From the human T2T-CHM13v2.0 reference genome, Homo sapiens: 64,000 bases of DNA. The position numbers and the translations under genes were made by a program. Each line of letters opens with the position of its first letter. The first letter of the stretch is position 1. The stretch lies in NCBI RefSeq assembly GCF_009914755.1, contig NC_060929.1; one strand, given 5' to 3'. Positions 55,417 through 64,000 of this stretch are shown piece after piece. The notes beneath the pieces are model-generated. The model was not told the DNA's origin and made no database searches. It saw only the letters and a program-made list of their open reading frames with translations.

Positions 55417-58400
55417 TCAACAGGTAAATTACAAAGAATCTCTAAGCAAATGTATACAATAAAAAAAAAAAGCCAGACAGAGAAGATTGGAATAAAGAAC
55501 TAATCCTTCAATGCAAAGACATAGACATACTTCCACAAGAAACAACAACAATAGAGAACCACGACCTCCCTAAATGGAAAAATAAGAAACCAAGTACTGA
55601 CCCTAATAAGATGGCAATATGTGAGTGTTCTGACCAATAATTTAAAATAGCTGTTTTAAGAAAACTCTATTATTACCAAAATCACAGTAGACAAGAGTGG
55701 AATGGATCAAGCAGAGCAAATAATCAGTGAGCTCAAAGACAGGCTATTTGAAAACACAATCAGAGGAGAAAAAGAAAAAAAGAATGAGAGAGAACAAATA
55801 GAACCTGCAAATAGAGAAAATTATCTGAAAAGACAAATATAAGAATTATTAATGTTCAACAGGCAACTGAGCAATAGTGAGGGAAAGAAAGAAATAAATA
55901 ATCATAGAAAACTTCTCAAAACTTGAGAAACATATACACATCCAGGTGCAGAAACGTCAGAGAACACCAAACAGATCCAGCCCACTAAGATAATCTCAAA
56001 GCACGTAATAACCAAACTCTGCAAAATAAAGGACAGAGTGGATTCTAAAATCAGCAAGAGAAAAGAAGCAAATAATATATAAAGGAGCTCCAATTCATCT
56101 AAAAATGGACTTCTCAACAGAAACCATACAGGCCAGAAAGAAGCAGAATGACATTTTAAAAATGTATTAAGGAAAAAAAAAGTGCCATACAAAAGTACTG
56201 TATTCAGCAATTCTGTCCTTCAAATATGAAGGAGAGAGAAATTTTTTCCCAAACAATACCTGAGAGAATTAATGAACCACAGGACCTATTTTACAAGAAA
56301 TGTGAAAGGCAATTCTTGAATCTAAAAGAAAAATACACTAATGTGCAAAAAGAAAATATTGGAAGGGTCAAAATCCCACTGATAAAATTAAGTGCACAGA
56401 CAAATCCAAAATATTCTAATATCATAATTATAATGTGTAATTCACTAATAACTGTAGAATGAAGCCTAAAAGAGAAACCTATTAAAAATAAGAGTAGCTA
56501 CAGTAACCTGTTAAGAGGTAGGCAATATGCAAATATGTAAATTGCGAAACAAAAAATCAAAATTGTATGGGGGAGCTGAAGTGTAAAGGGTTTTTTTTTC
56601 TTTCTTTTTGTTCTTCTCTTTGTTCCTATTCGTTTCTTTGTGATCTAGGTCATCATTTCTCTAAAATAACTTGTTTAAGTTGTTTTTATAAGTTCATTGT
56701 ACCAACAATGCACAAATTATAATAGACTCACTAACAAAAAGCAATAAGTTAAAAAAAATTTTACCAGAAAAAAACTTAACCACAAAGAAAAACAGTAAGA
56801 AAGGGAGAAAGGAAGAACAGAGCTGCAAAACAACCAGAAAACAAGCAACAGAATGGCAATATCATGCCATTTATCAATAACACTGAATATTGATGGACTC
56901 AGTTATTCAGTTAAAACACATAGAGTGGCTAAATGAATATAGGAACAAGAACCCACTTAACCTATAAATGCGTACATATACTGAAGGTAAGAGTGTTAAA
57001 ACCGATATTACATGCAGCTGGAAACCGAAAATGAGCAGGAGGAACTATACACATAACATAAAATGACAAAATGTCAAAGATTATACCAAGAGACAACGAA
57101 AGTCACTATATAATAATAAAAGATCAGTTCAGCAAGAGGCTACATCAATTATAAATATGCATCCAACATTGGAACACCCAAGTATATGCAACAAACAAAC
57201 ATTAATAGATCTAAAGGGAGAGATACACTGCAATATTATAGTAGTAAGGGACTTCAACACCCCACTGTCAGTAATGGACAATTCATTCAGAAAGAAAATC
57301 AATAAAGAAACATCAGAATTAAACTACACACTAGACCAAAGAGGTCTAGTTTCATGCAACTTCTGCAGAATACACACTCTTTACATCAGCACTTGGAACA
57401 ATCTTCAGAATATAGACTGTATCTTAGGTGACAAATCAAATCTCAACAAATTGAAAAAACAAGAAATCATATAATATTTTCTGACAACAATGAAACAAAA
57501 CTAGAAATCAATAACAAAAGGAAACTCAGAAACTACACAAACACATGGAAATTAAACAACATGCTCCTGAATGACTAACATGTGAATGAAGAAATTAAAG
57601 AGAAAATTTAAACAATTGAAAATGTAAATACAACACCGCAAAATCCATGGGATATGGCAAAAGCAGTACTAAGAGGGAAGTTTATAACAATAAATATCTA
57701 TACCAAAAAAGTGTAAAGACTTAAATAAACAAGTGACACACATTAAGGACTTAGAAAAGCAAGAATAAATCAAACCCAGAATTAATACAGGGGATGAAAT
57801 AATAAAGATTAGAGCAGAGATAAATAACATTGAGATTAAAAAGAATACAGAAGATTAACAAAATGAAGTTGATTTTAAGAAAGATAAACAACATCAACAA
57901 AACTTTCAGCTAGACAAACTTTAAAAAGAAGACCCAAATAAATAAAACCAGAAATGAAAAATGAGTTATAGCAACTTATACCACAGAAATGCAAAAATCA
58001 TTAGACACTATTGTGCACAACTATATGCCAACAAATTGGAAAACCTAGAAAAAAACTGAAAAGTTCCTGGACACATATAACCTACCAAGAATGAGCCATG
58101 AAGAAACAGAAAACCTTAACAAAGCAAAAATGAGTAGTGAGACTGATGCCATAATGAAGTCTTCTATTAAAGAAAATTCCAAAACCTAGTGGAATCACTG
58201 ACGAACTCTACCAAACATTTAATTAACTAATTCCAATTCTATTCAAAGTCTTCAAAAAAAAATTAAAGCTTGGAATATTTCCAAACTTATTCAACGAGGT
58301 TAGTATTAACCTGACATCAAAACCAGACAAAGATACAAGAAAAAAGAAAAGTATAGGTCAGTGTTACTGGTGAATACATATGTCAAAATTCTCAACAAAA

Positions 58401-59216
58401 TATGAAATAATATTTTACAAACCATTAAAATATCATTTACCTCAATCAAGAGGGGTTCATCCCAGGATAAGTATATATATACATCCCACTGTGCAAGAAT
58501 GATTTAACCTACAAAAATCTATAAACATGATACATCACATTAACAGAACAATGAACAAAAGCCATATGATATCAATAGATGCTGAAAAAACATTAGACAA
58601 AATTCAGTGTTACTTTAATGATAAAAACTCTCAAAAAACTTGGTGTAGAAGGAGCATATCTCAAAATAATAAAGGTCATATATGAGAACCCCACAACTAA
58701 TATCATACTGAACAGGGGAAAATTGAAATTTCTTTCTCTAAGATCTGAAACAAGGATGCCCATTATCTCTACTTTTATTCAATGTAATACTGGAATTCCC
58801 AGCTAGAACAATTTTTTTAAGCAAGAAAGAAAAATGAAGGGCATCTATTGAACATAAATAAGTCAAATTATCCTTGTGCACAGGCAACATGCTAATATAG
58901 AAAAAAAAACACTAAAGACTACCCAAAACTGTCAGAACTAATATACAAATTCAGTAAATCTACAGAATATATAGTCAACATAAAAGAGTAGTAGCCTTTA
59001 TATAAGCCAACATTGAACAATGTGAAAAAAATTAAAAAAGTAATCCCACTTACAAATAATACAAAATATGTAGAAATAAATTTAGCCAAAGCAGTGAAAA
59101 GATCTATAAAAGGAAAACTATAAAACACCAATGAAAGAAATTGAAAAGAACATTAAAAAAAGGTATTCCAAGCTCATGGACAGGAAAATTAATATTGTTA
59201 AAATAACAATAATACC

Positions 59217-59569
59217 TGTATTAGTCCATTTTCATGCTGCTCATAAAGACATACAAGAGACTGGGCAATTTACAAAAGAAAGAGGTTTAAGGGACTTACA
59301 GTTCCATGTGGCTGAAGAAGCTCACAATCATGGTGGAAGGTGAAAGGCACATCTTACATGGCAGTAGGGAAGAAAAAGAACTCATGCAGGAAAACTGCTG
59401 TTTCTAAAACAACCAGACATTGTGAGACCTATTCACTATCATGAGAACAGCACGGGAAAGACCCATGCTGTGATCCAATTATCTCCCCACAGGTCCCTCC
59501 CACAACATGTGAAAATTATAGGAGCTACAAGATGAGATTTGGGTGGGGACACAGAGCCAAACCATATCA
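59217..59569 (-). mobile_element. THE1 (B/C-like) solo LTR inside L1 ORF2
   Basis: tgtattagtccattttcatgctgc...gacacagagccaaaccatatca; perfect TSD ATACC (59212-59216, 59570-59574). Confidence 0.93.
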
Positions 59570-59863
59570 ATACCTAAAGCAATTTACAGATTTAATGCAA
59601 TAATTATATAAGCAAACGGAAGTAACAATCCTAAAATGTATATATAACTACAAAGACCCTGAATAGTCAAAGCAATCCAGAGCAAAATGAACAAAACTGG
59701 AGGAATCAGACTACCTGACTTCAAAATATATTGAAAACCTATAGTAATGAAAACACCATCATACAGGCATAAAAACAAACATAAACACCAACTGAATGGA
59801 ACAGAAAAATTAAATATAAATCTATGCATTTAAAGCCAACTTATTTTCAACAAAGATACCAAC

Positions 59864-60264
59864 TGTATTAGTGTATGACACTGCTCTTAAGGTACTACCC
59901 AATGCCGAGTAAATTATAAGGAAAAGAGATTTAATTGACTCACAGTTCTGCATGGCTGGGAAGGCCTCAGGAACTTACAACCATGGCAGAAGGTGAAATA
60001 GGCATGTCTTACATGGCAACAAGCAAGAGAGAAAGTCTGTGAATGGGGAACTGTCAAACATTTATAAAACCATCAGATCTTGTGAGAAATCCCTCCATCA
60101 CTATCATGAGACCAGCATGGGGGAAACCGCCCCCTTGATTCAATTGCCTTTCACCAGGTCCATCCCTCACATGTTGGGATTATGGGGATCACAAACATGT
60201 GGGGATTATGGGGATTACAATTCAAGATGAGATTTGTGTGGGGACACAGAGCCAAACCATATCA
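59864..60264 (-). mobile_element. MSTA/THE1D-like solo LTR inside L1 ORF2
   Basis: tgtattagt...gactcacagttctgcatggctggg..ggcctcagga...ccatatca; perfect TSD CCAAC (59859-59863, 60265-60269). Confidence 0.92.
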
Positions 60265-62835
60265 CCAACAATATACAATCCGGAGAGGACAGTGTCTTCA
60301 ATCAACAGTGGTGGGAAAACTGGATTACCATCTGCAAAACACTAAATGTAGACTCTGATCACTCACTGTATTAAAAAAAATGTAAAAATTATTTAAAGAC
60401 TTAAACCTACGACTGGAAACTATGAAACTACTAGAAGAAAGCATTGCAGAAATGCTCTAGAGTATTGGTCTGAGCAAAGATTTTTTTTGTGTAAAATCTC
60501 AAAAGCACAGAGAACAAAATGAAAAGTAGACAAATGGGATTACATCATGGTAAAATGCTTCTGCACAGCCAAAGAATTAATCAAGAATGTGAAGAGACAA
60601 CTCAGAAAATGGGAAAAAATATACGCAAACTACTCATTTGACAAGGGACTAATAACCAGAATATATAAAGAATACATAAAGCTCAAACAACTCAATAGCA
60701 ATAAAGAAAAAACACAAAATCCCCACAAAGAATCTGATTAAAATTGGGCAAAAGCTCTGAATAGATATTTCGCAAAAGAAGACATACAAGTGGCAACAAG
60801 AATATGAGAAAGTGCTCAACATCACTAATCACCAGGGAAATGCAAATCAAAATCACAATGAGATATTATCCCATTTCAGTTAAAAACACTTCATTAAAAA
60901 GACGGGGAAGAACAAGAACATGGTGGTGAGGCTGTGAAGAAAGGGGAATGTGTGTATACTGTTGGTAGAAAGGTAAATGAGTACAACCGTTATGAAAAAC
61001 AGTATGTAGTTGCCATAAAAATACTAAACGTAGGATTATCATATGATCTAGCAATTTCACTATTAGGGTTACATCCAAAAGAAAGGAAACCAATGTATTG
61101 AAAAAAGATGTGAACTCTCATGCTTATTGCAGCACTATACAAAATAGCCAAAATATGGAATTAACCTGTGTTTATCAATGGGTGAATGGATAAAGAAAAT
61201 ATGGTTTTATACACAATAGCCTATTATTCAGACATAAAATAGTGAAATCCTGTCATTTGCAGCAACATGGATGAAACTGGAGGTCCTTATGTTAAGTGAA
61301 ATAAGCTAAGCACAGAAAGATAGATGTGGTCACTCATACGTGGGAGCTTAAAATGTTGATCTCATGAATATAATCAGTTGTTAGGTTAACATGGTTATCA
61401 GAGTCTGGGAATTGGCATAGGGAGATAAAAAGAGGTTGACCAATGAGTACAAATATATAATTAGATAAAAGAAATAAGTCCTAATGATGGATAGATCATT
61501 AAGATGACAATCACTGAAATATACAATAGTCTATTGTATATTTTAAAACAGCTATAAGACAATAACGTAAATGTTCCTATCATAAAGAAAATACAAAAAC
61601 TGAAGATACTGGGGAGCCCAATTACCAATTACCGTGATTTGATATTTACACATTATATGAATATGTGCCCTGATATAAATATCAAGGTAATGGGAAGCCC
61701 AATTACCCTAATTTGATATTTACACATTATATGAATGTATCAGATTATCACATGTACCCCCAAAATATTTTCATATATCATATATAATTTAAGAAGTAAT
61801 ATTAACTAAATAATAATGTAAGATTAATTAAAATAATTTTTTCTCAATTTTAAATATTATTATGAAATTATTTGTATTATTTTTTAACTTTTAAAAATAA
61901 CTTAGACATAGTTACTCCATCCAGTTTCTCAATATTGATTTTATTATTTTCCTCTATAAAATTTTAATTATATTTGCTAGCCTTTTCCAGAACCTACAAG
62001 AACGCCATTTAGATTTCTTTCTGACAAGTAACTGAGTTTTAAATTTATCAATTTTCTTGCTTTATCTACTTTCTAAGTTAATTTCATATTTCTTCTATAT
62101 TCTTTTGACATAGAACACATTTTTCTTAGTGAACAGAAAGCCAAAGAGTTTTCTTAGTTGTTTTCAGGTTCCTGAGTGTATCATTTTCAGAGTTATGTAT
62201 TTCATCTGAGGTTTTTATTAGATTCCTCTTACCTTTCCTCCATAATTTTCCCATATGTCCATAGAGCTTACAAGAATTTTATTTGTTGTAATTTTAAAAT
62301 TGTATTGCTTAAATGATTAATCCAATTAGTTTCAATCTTAATCTGAACAGTTTAAATATTTATTTTAAATTTGCTTTTGAGTAGTAGTTCTGAAATTATT
62401 TAAGGTTTTGATATTAAAGGTCCTTTTTTTCTGTGAGTAAAGTAATGTTGATCTTGGATTTTATTTTATATCCGATAGTGATTTAGGTGAAAACACTTCA
62501 AATATATTTTGAAAATGTATACAGATTTTTAAATGATTAATTTTGTTATTAAAATATCTGGCCTTTGGACATAGTTTATTTCATTTCTAAGTGTCTTATA
62601 ATAGTTCATAATTATTATTACTACTAAGTTATCTGTATGCTTTTAAACAATTTTATAAGAAATATTTCAAGACTATACATTCTGCTGAGTAATGACTACT
62701 ACATTTTTATTGTAAACCATATTTATTGATATATACTTATCTTGTTTAATGAAAAAATAATAAAAGTAAGATTAGATAAATATTATTCATAATCTAGATT
62801 TGCAACTTCATAAGCACATTTTATTCATTAATTAC

Positions 62836-62987
62836 CAGTATACATCAGATATATTAGGTGTTCAGTTCCAGACCACCACAATAAAGCAAATGTATCAATA
62901 AAGCCAGTGACACAAATGTTTTGGTTTCCCAGTAATTATAAAAATTATGTTTATAATATACTATATCCTATTAAGTGTCCAATAGCA
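62836..62987 (-). mobile_element. Tigger1 terminal fragment
   Basis: gttcagttccagaccaccacaataaagcaaat...ggtttcccagt...ctattaagtgtccaatagca. Confidence 0.85.
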
Positions 62988-63018
62988 CACTTGAAATGAA
63001 GCTTCTACCACTGTGTAA

Positions 63019-64000
63019 TGGGAGAGGGGCGTCTGTCATTGCTGAGGCTTGAATAGGTAAACAAAGCAGCCGGGAAGCTCGAACTGGGCAGCTCAATGAG
63101 GCCTGCCTGCCTCTGTAGACTCCACCTCTGGGGGTAGGACATAGCTGAACCAAATGCAGCAGAAACTTCTGCAGACTTAAATGTCCCTGTCTGACAGCTT
63201 TGAAGAGAGTAGTGGTTCTCCCAGTATGGAGTCTGAGATCTGAGAATGGAAAGACTGCCTCCTCAAGTGGGTCCCTGACCCCCCGAGTAGCCTAACTGGG
63301 AGACACCTCCAACTAGAGGCCAACTGACACCTCATTCAGCCGGGTGCCCCTCTAAGACGAAGCTTCTAGAGGAAGGATCAGGCAGCAACATTTGCTGTTC
63401 TGCAATATTTGCTGTTTTGCAGCCTCTGCTGGTGATACCCAGGCAAACAGAGACTGGAGTGGACCTCCAGCAAACTCCAACAGACCTGCAGCTGAGAGTC
63501 CTGACTGTTAGAAGGAAAACTAACAAACAGAAAGGAATAGCATCAACATCAACAAAAAGGACATCCACACCAAAACCCCATCATCAAAGACCATTGGTCA
63601 CCATCATCAAAGACCAAAGGTAGACAAAACAACACAGATGGGGAGAAACCAGAACAGAAAAGCTGAAAATTCTAAAAATCAGAGCACCTCTTCTCCTCCA
63701 AAGGAACCAGCTTCTTACCAGCAACGGAACAGAGCTGGATGGAAAATGACTTTGACGAGTTGACAAAAGTAGGCTTCAGAAGATCAGTAATAACAAACTT
63801 CTCTGAGCAAAAGGAGGATGTTTGAACCCATCACAAAGAAGCTAAAAACCTTGGAAAAAGATTAGATGAATGGCTAACTAGAATAAACAGCATAGAGAAG
63901 ACCTTAAATGACCTGATGAAGCTGAAAACCATGGCACAGAACTATGTGACCAATGCACAAGCTTCAGTAGCTGATTCGATCAACTGGAAGAAAGGGTATC
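63019..64000 (+). mobile_element. L1PA (PA6/7-like): partial 5'UTR and start of disrupted ORF1, continues beyond window
   Basis: 5'UTR aggtaaacaaagcagccgggaagctcgaactggg...cagacctgcagctgag; ORF1 ATG at 63638 (MGRNQNRKAENSKNQSTSSPPKE). Confidence 0.93.

Larger units (their letters stand above)
54650..61790 (+). mobile_element. Near-full-length ancient L1 (L1M2-type 5' end, L1MA4/5-type 3' end), ORFs decayed
   Basis: 5'UTR, ORF1 remnant ~55600-56330, ORF2 from ~56853 with endonuclease motif (VVRDFNTPLSVMD, ORF 57157), RT region ([19 protein letters not shown]), C-terminus and 3'UTR in colinear order. Confidence 0.88.

Overview
AT-rich primate (most likely human or great ape) genomic DNA that looks intergenic or deep-intronic and is dominated by interspersed repeats: 10 Alus, many L1 fragments, L2/MIR relics, MaLR/ERVL/HERV-K LTRs and DNA-transposon MITEs. 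I see no intact protein-coding gene, RNA gene or CpG island. The listed ORFs are repeat-derived or chance, except one: 10548-10748(-) is part of a decayed, intronless, 5'-truncated retrocopy of HPF1 (C4orf27). Points of most interest: (1) the HPF1 pseudogene with its catalytic NDE motif changed to NDD; (2) a ~160-bp local copy of an old LTR segment inserted into a TA-rich palindromic tract 1.25 kb away; (3) two 5'-inverted (twin-primed) L1s with near-precise breakpoints; (4) a complete THE1 provirus whose two LTRs are discordant; (5) a solo MER11D/HML-7-type LTR with a perfect 6-bp TSD; (6) a near-full-length ancient L1M carrying two MaLR LTRs; (7) a non-repeat motif cluster at ~47.8 kb (4 CAGATG E-boxes, GAS site, compressed Sox-Oct). 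I found no evidence of a novel multi-gene system. Repeat subfamily calls are by eye from remembered consensus sequences and boundaries of old repeats are approximate.
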